Virus record (IMG/VR): IMGVR_UViG_3300042195_000134
Location: 1-29,850 of that record
Length of the DNA: 29,850 bases
From: a virus
Taxonomy: Duplodnaviria; Caudoviricetes
Strand: one strand, 5' to 3'
A model generated the notes under the pieces. The model had not been told where the DNA came from, did not search any database, and was given only the letters and a program-made list of their open reading frames with translations. The position numbers and the translations under genes were made by a program. Position 1 is the stretch's first letter. Each line of letters starts with the position of its first letter. Below, one piece after another: positions 23,475 to 29,850 of this stretch.

Positions 23475-23596
23475 ACCCCGGCTACGCGCTCGGCGTCGGC
23501 ATCGTCTGCGCCCCGTTCGTCTCCGCCATCCTGTACGCCCTCCGCTGGGCAGGCCGCGCCCTCTACCACACCGCACGCACCCGGAGCAGCCGATGA
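23471..23596 (+). CDS. Small membrane peptide (41 aa)
   Basis: YALGVGIVCAPFVSAILYAL; GAGGAG RBS; 4-nt overlaps at both ends; below ORF-track size cutoff. Confidence 0.55.
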   Translation: MNPGYALGVGIVCAPFVSAILYALRWAGRALYHTARTRSSR

Positions 23597-23844
23597 CCGC
23601 CCGCATCACCCTCCACTGCGACACCAAACGCCAGTCCGGCACCTGCATCAGCCAACTCATCACCGACGCCCGCACCGTCGGAGCAACCAGAGCCGTAGCC
23701 GACGCCCAGGGCTGGAGCACCAGCACCGACGGCCGCGACGACTACTGCCCCAACTGCTCCGGCAACAACAACGCCCAGCCCGGCACCACCGTCATCTACC
23801 TGTACCCCAGCAGCGAGCAGCCGGATGGCGGTGAGCAGCCGTGA
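23593..23844 (+). CDS. Small Zn-binding hypothetical protein
   Basis: LHCD...C...GW...DYCPNC. Confidence 0.65.
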   Translation: MTARITLHCDTKRQSGTCISQLITDARTVGATRAVADAQGWSTSTDGRDDYCPNCSGNNNAQPGTTVIYLYPSSEQPDGGEQP

Positions 23845-23996
23845 GCGACCTGCCCGCCCTCGACTGGGCGTGCGAACCCGACTGGGACGACGACGAAGAC
23901 GACATCCGCCTCCCGCCAGACCTCCGCGGCCAACACATCACCGCCGCACAGTTCTTCACCCTCACCGACATCCAACCCGCCGGGAGCTACCTGTGA
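23841..23996 (+). CDS. Small acidic hypothetical protein (51 aa)
   Basis: VSDLPALDWACEPDWDDDEDD...; GTGA overlaps at both ends. Confidence 0.5.
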   Translation: MSDLPALDWACEPDWDDDEDDIRLPPDLRGQHITAAQFFTLTDIQPAGSYL

Positions 23997-24223
23997 CCAC
24001 ACCCGCCCAGGAATTGCACACCGCAGCCGACGAAATGCGCCGCTGGCCCGGACCCGCAGCCGAACCCCTCGCCCAACTCCTCGACGCCCTCACCGACCTG
24101 GCCCGCGAATACCCGCAACTCGCCCACGACCACAACCGCCCGGCCTGCGACGACTACGCATGCGACGTCATGGGCCGCGCCATCACCCTCGCCCGCGCGA
24201 TCAACGCCGGAGGCCAGCCGTGA
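23993..24223 (+). CDS. Hypothetical protein
   Basis: VTTPAQELHTAADEMR...AITLARAIN. Confidence 0.62.
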   Translation: MTTPAQELHTAADEMRRWPGPAAEPLAQLLDALTDLAREYPQLAHDHNRPACDDYACDVMGRAITLARAINAGGQP

Positions 24224-24290
24224 CACGCGCGGCCACCCACGGCCCGCACAGCCCCGCGAAGGAGCAACCCATGCCCAACTGGAGAACCCG

Positions 24291-24542
24291 ATGACCGACA
24301 CCGCCCGCCAGCGCCTCCTCAAAGCCCTCACTGACGACCGCTGCTTCTGCGGCGCCACCGACGCCTGCCCACCCCCCGAGCAGTACATCGACAACTTCGC
24401 CCACCAACTCGCCGAGCAGCAGCGCAACCACTTCGGCGTCGGTGACGCACCAGCAGTGAGGGCGCACTGCGACCCCGACTGCGACTTCTGCCAGGGCGTG
24501 ACCAGCGCCGCCGACCTGATCGACCCCGAGGCCAAGCCGTGA
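24291..24542 (+). CDS. Hypothetical protein
   Basis: GGAG RBS; IDNFAHQLAEQQR...AADLIDP. Confidence 0.65.
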   Translation: MTDTARQRLLKALTDDRCFCGATDACPPPEQYIDNFAHQLAEQQRNHFGVGDAPAVRAHCDPDCDFCQGVTSAADLIDPEAKP

Positions 24543-24712
24543 CCGGCCGTCTGTGCGGCCTCCCGCACTACGACTACCCCGAATCCACCTGCACCCAGCC
24601 CGCCGGCCACACCGGCCCGCACGCCGCGCCGCTCATCATCAACGGCCGCGAGTGCGGAGCCGTCGCCTGGGACGAACCCGACAGCGACAAGCCAAGGAGC
24701 AGCGCCGCATGA
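24539..24712 (+). CDS. Small Cys/His protein (57 aa)
   Basis: LCG...CTQPAGHTGPH; 4-nt overlaps at both ends. Confidence 0.55.
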   Translation: MTGRLCGLPHYDYPESTCTQPAGHTGPHAAPLIINGRECGAVAWDEPDSDKPRSSAA

Positions 24713-24987
24713 GCGAGCCCCGCCCGACCGCGTCCACGATCAACGACGCCCAACTCGACGACCTGTACGAGCGGCTCGACCAGGCCGAGACCGAACTCCG
24801 CCGCTACGCCGAAGCCGAGTCAGCCGACGCCGCAGCCGGCTCCTACGCCGGGCGCGCCGAACACGCCGAGGCTGCCATCGAACGCGTGCGTGAGTGGGCC
24901 GACTACCACGCCAACCAGTGCGAGGGCTGGTGCTGCGACCACGCACCCAAGCTCCTCGCCGCCCTCGACGAACCCACGAAGGACTGA
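24709..24987 (+). CDS. Hypothetical protein
   Basis: AAGGAG RBS; TASTINDAQLDDLYERL...AAIERVR. Confidence 0.68.
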   Translation: MSEPRPTASTINDAQLDDLYERLDQAETELRRYAEAESADAAAGSYAGRAEHAEAAIERVREWADYHANQCEGWCCDHAPKLLAALDEPTKD

Positions 24988-25016
24988 CCCATGCCCGACC
25001 AGCCGGAGGAGCAGCC

Positions 25017-25265
25017 TTGAACATCGCCCGCCGCTACGGGGCCAGCCCCGCCGAGCGCTGCACCGGACAGAGCAGTTGCCCGGACGTCCTCGCCCTCGAT
25101 AACGGCGACTACCTCATCATCGGCAAGGTGCCTGGCGTACCGAACATCAGCGCCCGCGAACTCGCCCAGTACGGTGCGGGCATCGGCGACGACGAACAGG
25201 CCGTCATCGTGCCCCGCGATGTCGTACTCGCCGCCGCCCGCGACATCACCGAGGGGACCCTGTGA
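25017..25265 (+). CDS. Small conserved actinobacterial protein
   Basis: TTG after GGAGGAG; CTGQSSCPDVLALDNGDYLIIG...EQAVIVPRDV. Confidence 0.68.
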   Translation: MNIARRYGASPAERCTGQSSCPDVLALDNGDYLIIGKVPGVPNISARELAQYGAGIGDDEQAVIVPRDVVLAAARDITEGTL

Positions 25266-25474
25266 CCGAGGCCGAGAAGCTGCAAGCGCGCTGGCTGAAG
25301 AAGTACGCCAGCCAGTCGAACGCCCACCGTGTCGTGCTCCTCACGCCGCTCCCCGCCCGCGTCCGCATGCGGCTGGCCGTACACCACCGGATCAACTGGG
25401 TCGGTTTCTGGCTCGTCGAGCGCCGCCGCTTCCGTGCCGCAGAGTTGCTGTGGCGGGCCTGCCGAATGTGGTGA
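25262..25474 (+). CDS. Small basic hypothetical protein
   Basis: GAGGGG RBS, GTGA overlap; last gene of the rightward run. Confidence 0.6.
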   Translation: MTEAEKLQARWLKKYASQSNAHRVVLLTPLPARVRMRLAVHHRINWVGFWLVERRRFRAAELLWRACRMW

Positions 25475-25515
25475 GACGGGCCAGGCCCGGGCGGCGTCCG
25501 TGGCATCCTGAACCC

Positions 25516-25760
25516 GGGGCGGCAACGATCTCGGGGAGACTCCCCGAACACCCGGCGGTGACGGCCGCCGCCCCTTCTGGTGCGCCTCTTCTCGGGTGCC
25601 CAGCGGCGATGGTGCGAGACACGCGATCGCCACCACCGGGCGCCTGCTCCCCCAGAGCGGGCGCCCGCTGTCGTACCCGGCGGATACGATCGTGGTGCTG
25701 CCCGGCCGACCCTGCTGACTCACGCCGGGCAGAGCTGCTGCTCGATGGACAGCGCCGCGA
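25516..25760 (+). ncRNA. Candidate structured non-coding RNA (chain of hairpins)
   Basis: Stems 25516-25523/25567-25574, 25531-25547, 25577-25603, 25605-25631, 25637-25667, 25671-25689, 25698-25732; no convincing ORF. Confidence 0.35.
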
Positions 25761-25807
25761 GCGTGCTGAAGCCCCCGACCATTTCCCGGCCGGGGGCTTC
25801 AGCATGT
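25761..25807. terminator. Long hairpin, likely bidirectional terminator between convergent operons
   Basis: TGCTGAAGCCCCCG...CGGGGGCTTCAGCA 14-bp perfect stem. Confidence 0.72.
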
Positions 25808-25811
25808 GCGG

Positions 25812-26294
25812 CTACCGGGTTGGCGCCCACTCGTCGCGGTAGCCGTCACGATCGGCGTACACCGACGCGAGCCCCCGCCACGTCAGGCAGTACCCGAAGC
25901 CGTTCACCTCGGGGCTGTCGGGTTCGGTGTGGCAGTTGCCGCAGCCGAACGGGTAGTACGGGCCGCCGATCTCCTCGCCGTTGATGACGGTTGGCTCGAC
26001 GTCACGAGGGACGATCGGATGATCGTCGAGCAGCCTCCGCTTCGCGTCGGTCTCGCGCAGGACACGCGCCGGATCCCACTCCGCGACATGCTGCCCCACG
26101 CCGTCGGCGTCGGCGTTCTCCGGGGTTACCACCACGACGCCGTCATCGCAGTAGTCCACGACGGTGTACCGCTCGTAACTCGCCCGAGGCGGACTCGCAG
26201 TCCACACGTCCGAGTGCTCGTCCCAGCACGCCGCCCGAGCGATCCGTACGTCCTCGTCGAACTGTGCGCGCAACCACTGCGCCAGGTCATCCAC
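25812..26294 (-). CDS. DUF6221-like protein
   Basis: DDLAQWLRAQFDED, HVAEWDPARVLRETDAKRRLL, LASVYADRDGYRDEWAP; GGAGG RBS. Confidence 0.82.
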   Translation of the reverse strand: MDDLAQWLRAQFDEDVRIARAACWDEHSDVWTASPPRASYERYTVVDYCDDGVVVVTPENADADGVGQHVAEWDPARVLRETDAKRRLLDDHPIVPRDVEPTVINGEEIGGPYYPFGCGNCHTEPDSPEVNGFGYCLTWRGLASVYADRDGYRDEWAPTR

Positions 26295-26466
26295 GTCGTA
26301 CCCTCCACGTTTCCCGCAGTCGCTGCCAGGCGCGTCGTCTCCGCTCCAGTTGCACTGTCCGTCGTGTTCCCTGGCGTGCCATCGCAAAGTACGTTTCGCT
26401 GTCCAGCTCGCCGCGCATCCACGCACGACCAGCAGCCGTCATAGCGTCGTCGGCCACCGCGATCAC
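26287..26466 (-). CDS. Small hypothetical protein (59 aa)
   Basis: VIAVADDAMTAAGRAWMRGELDSETYFAMAR...; overlaps both neighbours; below ORF-track size cutoff. Confidence 0.5.
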   Translation of the reverse strand: MIAVADDAMTAAGRAWMRGELDSETYFAMARQGTRRTVQLERRRRAWQRLRETWRVRRG

Positions 26467-26690
26467 CCCTCCAGGTCGTTGCGGTCCAGGCTGAAGAGCA
26501 GCACCGAGACGTGGCCCTCAACGCCCGCCTGCTCGCGCACGTGGTTGTAGACGTCCCGGTACAGATCCTGACGCGTCGCGCCCTCCCGTGCCGTGATCGT
26601 CCCCTCGGCCGAAGCCACAGCAATGCTCCCCGCGGGCTGCCCGTGTTGGTGCTGGATCGTCATCACGTAGTGGTACTCACGCCCGCTCAC
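26463..26690 (-). CDS. Small hypothetical protein
   Basis: YHYVMTIQ...TRQDLYRDV...VLLFSLDRN; GTGA overlap. Confidence 0.68.
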   Translation of the reverse strand: MSGREYHYVMTIQHQHGQPAGSIAVASAEGTITAREGATRQDLYRDVYNHVREQAGVEGHVSVLLFSLDRNDLEG

Positions 26691-27115
26691 GGCTGGCTCT
26701 TCGGGCCATCGTCGGTGGAGCCCCGGAAGTCGACGTCCGGCAGGATGCTCTGCGGCTTGAAGGTCTTCCGGTAGTGGTAGGCGGACGCCTTGATCGGCTC
26801 GCCCTGCTCGACGAAGTACGAGACGTTATCGGACAGGCCGAGGAACTCCTTGACGTACTCGTTCTTTCCGGTCTTGCAGATCACTTCGAGCTGGCGCGGC
26901 TCGGCCTTGATGGAACAGGCGCCCTTGATCTCCAGCAGGTACGTGTCGGTGATGCCGTTGAAGAACACGATCCGGCGGTTGACCTCGAAGTTGTCGGCCG
27001 CCTTGGACACGTTCTCCGACGCTACGTCGGCGTCGTCGTCCGTACAGGCGGTCGCTCCGAACATCAGGGCGCCCACCGCGGCGATGGACAGGACGGTCTT
27101 CGTGCGCTTCTGCAC
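26687..27115 (-). CDS. Conserved phage lipoprotein
   Basis: Signal peptide with lipobox ATAC; ADVASENVSKAADNFEVNRRIVFFNGITD, FLGLSDNVSYFVEQ; GAGGAG RBS. Confidence 0.85.
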   Translation of the reverse strand: MQKRTKTVLSIAAVGALMFGATACTDDDADVASENVSKAADNFEVNRRIVFFNGITDTYLLEIKGACSIKAEPRQLEVICKTGKNEYVKEFLGLSDNVSYFVEQGEPIKASAYHYRKTFKPQSILPDVDFRGSTDDGPKSQP

Positions 27116-27189
27116 GGATTCTCCTCGGGTTAGGGATGGTGGGGCGGGCTGCTTCGGCCGGGCGGTCTTCTACACCGCTCGGCCTTCTC

Positions 27190-27492
27190 TCATTCCTCAG
27201 CGGGCTTCTTTCGGGACTTCGTGCCCCATCCGCTGCCATGGCCGCGCTCGATGTTCTGGACGACTCCGAGCGGCAACTTCAGGCGCTCGGCGATCTGCCG
27301 GTACGGCACCTTGTCGGCGCGCATGACCTCGATCGCCTGCCGCTGTAGCTCGCGCAGTTGAGGCGCGCGCTCCTTGTAGTCGGCCAGGACCTCGCTGATC
27401 GCCACGGCGCGCTCGATCGGGTCTTCGATCGCCTCGACTTGCTTAAGGGCATCGACCACCTGTTGCGCCTCCCTGGTGATGTCGTCGGCCAT
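27190..27492 (-). CDS. HTH DNA-binding regulator
   Basis: MRADKVPYRQIAERLKLPLGVVQNIERG; divergent from the right-hand module. Confidence 0.8.
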   Translation of the reverse strand: MADDITREAQQVVDALKQVEAIEDPIERAVAISEVLADYKERAPQLRELQRQAIEVMRADKVPYRQIAERLKLPLGVVQNIERGHGSGWGTKSRKKPAEE

Positions 27493-27527
27493 TCCCGTCC
27501 TCTCGTGGGGCGGGCCGCTTGCCTCAG

Positions 27528-27545
27528 TGTATGCCATGGCATACA
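27528..27545. promoter_or_regulatory. Perfect 18-bp palindrome, operator between divergent operons
   Basis: TGTATGCCATGGCATACA. Confidence 0.75.
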
Positions 27546-27657
27546 TTCGGAGGTAGCAGCCCACGCTGCTAACGCACAAAGCCCCCGGCCCGGCGCTCGA
27601 ACGCCATATGGGCCGGGGGCGGACCCACCCGCAACCGTGACGAAGGAGCAGGTCCGC

Positions 27658-27804
27658 GTGAAGCGTAACGACCAGCCCACCCCACAGCCCACCCCCGAGC
27701 ACCAGCGGCCCGGCGGCGACCTCCCGCAACGCCTCCCGGTCCCCGCACCCCGCCCCCATCCGGAAGACAGCCTCCCGCGTCGCTCCCCCGGAGGCTCCCT
27801 GTGA
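27658..27804 (+). CDS. Small Pro-rich peptide
   Basis: GTG after AAGGAG; GTGA overlap with next ORF. Confidence 0.45.
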   Translation: MKRNDQPTPQPTPEHQRPGGDLPQRLPVPAPRPHPEDSLPRRSPGGSL

Positions 27805-27932
27805 GCAACATCCGTGACGACGCCAACGCCGCCTGGCACCTCACCCAACAACGCGTCGCCGCAGCCAAAGCAGCCGCCGAAGCCGCAGAGGCCGCACGCA
27901 AGGCCGCCGCCCAAGCAGCAGCCCGACGCTAA
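27801..27932 (+). CDS. Small Ala-rich helical peptide (43 aa)
   Basis: GGAGG RBS; VSNIRDDANAAWHLTQQRVAAAKAAAEAAEAARK. Confidence 0.5.
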   Translation: MSNIRDDANAAWHLTQQRVAAAKAAAEAAEAARKAAAQAAARR

Positions 27933-28027
27933 ACCCCCACAGCCGCCGCCCCCTCGCAATACCCCCACGCGAGGGGGCGGCCTCCCACAGCCACCCACCG
28001 CACGAGACCGCCAGGAGAGCCGCACAC

Positions 28028-28765
28028 GTGTTCTGGAAGACCAGGCAGCATCCGCAAGAGGACGCGCAGACGAGCAAGCAGCCCCAGGCCCGCAACATCG
28101 GCGACTACACGTTCGACTACAACTACGCATCAGGGATCGTCAACCAGGCCATCGCCCGGCCCGGGGTGCACGTCGACGGCCGAATCACGGAGCTTGTCAG
28201 CCAGATCAGCGACGCAGCCCGGAACCTGGACCCCGCGATCTTCAACCACGTGAACGCGCTGTGCGGCTACGCGATCGGCGCCGGCAACGCTGCTATGGCG
28301 AGAGCGGCGGAGGACGCGCGGCAGGTCGTCTTCTTTGGCCACCAGTCAGACCCAAAACACCGCCACATCCGCGACGAGGCCCCAACTCAGCCCCAGTATT
28401 CGCCGCCTCAAAGCGCGCCAGTCCAGCGCACGGCGCCCAAGGCCCAGCGACAGACGCACGTGTACGTGATCAAGTCGAGCAACTCGAAGCTGGTCAAGAT
28501 CGGGTACGCCGTGAAGCCAGAACAACGCGCCCGAGAACTTCAGACCGGAAGCCCCGGCAAGCTCACCGTCGCATGGTCACTCCCGGGACACGAACAGCTT
28601 GAACGAGAGCTGCATCGCCGGTTCGCCGACTACCGCAAGAACGGCGAGTGGTTCGACCTCACCCAGCTCGGCGACGCCGTGACCGTCGTCCGCGAAGAAG
28701 TCGACCGGATCCGCAAGGAAGCCGCCGACAAGGGCGCCACCGCCCGCTACTTCTACGACGCCTAG
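28028..28765 (+). CDS. T5orf172/MUG113-like (GIY-YIG superfamily) domain protein
   Basis: VYVIKS...VKIGYA...RARELQTGSP...ERELHRRF...GEWF. Confidence 0.85.
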   Translation: MFWKTRQHPQEDAQTSKQPQARNIGDYTFDYNYASGIVNQAIARPGVHVDGRITELVSQISDAARNLDPAIFNHVNALCGYAIGAGNAAMARAAEDARQVVFFGHQSDPKHRHIRDEAPTQPQYSPPQSAPVQRTAPKAQRQTHVYVIKSSNSKLVKIGYAVKPEQRARELQTGSPGKLTVAWSLPGHEQLERELHRRFADYRKNGEWFDLTQLGDAVTVVREEVDRIRKEAADKGATARYFYDA

Positions 28766-28775
28766 GAGCGCCGCC

Positions 28776-29717
28776 ATGACCAGCCCCAGTCGACAGCCGG
28801 CCACTGAGCGCCGCCTCACGACTCTCACCCCGATCGCCCTGGTCTTCACCGCGGTGTCGCTGTGCTGGACTGGCTGGTCCATCACCGACCTCATCGAGTC
28901 CGGCGCCTGGGGCATCCTCGCCGCCGTGTCCGTCGACGGTCTATGGGGAGTCGTCCAGTACCTCTCCTACAAGCGGATCGGCGGCCGCGTCATCGAGGTC
29001 GTGGAATGGGTGACGCTCGTCGTCGCCTGCGCCCTCCTCGCCTGGCACGGATGGACCATCACCCCGGCTGCCGCGTTCGCCGGCGCGCTCCCCCCGATCG
29101 TCGCCAAAATCTCGTGGGTCGGTGACATTCGGCTCCGGCTCCTCCGCTCTTACGATCCGACCGCGCTGACCGTGGAGCAGGAAGCCGAGATCAACGACGT
29201 GATCCGCGACAGCGAGTACCAGGCCCGCCTGAAGGCCGCGCAGATCGAGCGTGAGGCTGCGGAGGACATCGCCGCGATCCGGGCCAAGGGCAAGGTCGAC
29301 ATGGAACGCCTTGAGGTCGACTTCGAGGTGGGCATCAAGGAGATCACCACACGGGCCGACCTGAAGCGGCGCACCCCGGTCACGGTCGACGATCCGGCCG
29401 CCGAGCGCGCCGAACCCGAACCCGGTCCGGTGGTCGCCGCGCTCACCGAACAGTTCGCGAGCCTGCGGTCCGTCCTCGGCGAACTCGCTCGCGATCGCAC
29501 CGCCGAACTCGCACCGAACCCGCTGGTCAACACGGCGAATCAGATTCGCGAACCCGTCGCGAGCGTGGCCGATCTCGCTCGCGATTTCGTCGGGAAGATG
29601 AGCGACAACAAGCACGTAACAGAGGCGATCATGCGGGTCCGTCCGGAAGCCAACCGGGACTCCGTCGCCGCCGCCGTCCGTAAGGCGCGCAAGACGGCAG
29701 AAGGGCCGTACCTGTGA
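28776..29717 (+). CDS. SpdB-like membrane protein (4 TM helices + coiled coil), plasmid spread/transfer type
   Basis: Four hydrophobic N-terminal segments, charged helical middle, C-terminal helical tail; architecture recalls Streptomyces plasmid Spd proteins. Confidence 0.6.
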   Translation: MTSPSRQPATERRLTTLTPIALVFTAVSLCWTGWSITDLIESGAWGILAAVSVDGLWGVVQYLSYKRIGGRVIEVVEWVTLVVACALLAWHGWTITPAAAFAGALPPIVAKISWVGDIRLRLLRSYDPTALTVEQEAEINDVIRDSEYQARLKAAQIEREAAEDIAAIRAKGKVDMERLEVDFEVGIKEITTRADLKRRTPVTVDDPAAERAEPEPGPVVAALTEQFASLRSVLGELARDRTAELAPNPLVNTANQIREPVASVADLARDFVGKMSDNKHVTEAIMRVRPEANRDSVAAAVRKARKTAEGPYL

Positions 29718-29850
29718 ACAAGCCGACGCTCCTCCTCGTGTCCGCGGCCGGCCTGCTCGCCGCGGTCGTCGCCGTCTCCTGGTTCCCCGCGAGCCCCGTG
29801 CTTGCTGCCGTCGTCGGGTACACGGCGGTGGTCGGCTCCCTCGCCCACGC
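29714..29850 (+). CDS. Membrane protein, 3' truncated by window edge
   Basis: VNKPTLLLVSAAGLLAAVVAVSWFPASPVLAAVVGYTAVVGSLAH; GTGA overlap. Confidence 0.55.
   Translation, partial: MNKPTLLLVSAAGLLAAVVAVSWFPASPVLAAVVGYTAVVGSLAH

Larger units (their letters stand above)
1..29850. mobile_element. Temperate actinophage (probably Streptomyces): integration, immunity, early/replication and accessory regions; likely non-integrated (attP) configuration
   Basis: Tyrosine integrase beside a tRNA-derived att core, divergent repressor/cro-xis, Bet, RuvC, WhiB, helicase, and many small genes with 4-nt ATGA/GTGA overlaps; no host housekeeping genes on either side of the att core. Confidence 0.88.

Noticed and set aside
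24220-24294. 24-codon ORF bridging two genes with 4-nt overlaps
   Set aside because: Too short and featureless to support, though translational coupling is possible
27850-27930. GCC/GCA-rich repeat tract
   Set aside because: Explained by the Ala-rich peptide 27801..27932

Overview
The whole window reads as part of a very GC-rich temperate actinophage, most likely of Streptomyces (inferred from codon style, a WhiB gene, DUF6221-like and SpdB-like genes). From left to right it holds: (i) an Xre/TPR regulator cassette and a small Xre gene next to a densely base-paired non-coding region; (ii) an apparently intact attP whose core is the 3' half of tRNA-Val(TAC), with arm-type repeats on both sides; (iii) a leftward tyrosine integrase and repressor facing a rightward cro/xis-like pair; (iv) a long, translationally coupled rightward early operon (Bet-like annealase, DnaQ-like exonuclease, RuvC-like resolvase, WhiB, DUF6915-like pair, Rnl1-type RNA ligase); (v) a replication module made of an orphan Phd-like regulator, a DnaB_N + RecA-type helicase and a phased CTCACG repeat array; (vi) many small accessory genes (GIY-YIG nuclease, J-domain-like protein, adenine methylase, possible nucleotide-sponge protein); (vii) a second hairpin-rich non-coding region; (viii) a short leftward operon (HTH, lipoprotein, DUF6221-like); and (ix) the start of a rightward plasmid spread/transfer-like module. 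No virion structural or lysis genes are in the window. All family assignments come from motif recognition by eye, not from database searches. The most novel-looking signals are the two candidate structured RNAs, the iteron-like array with its one-protein replicon, and the DUF6915-like pair beside the RNA ligase.
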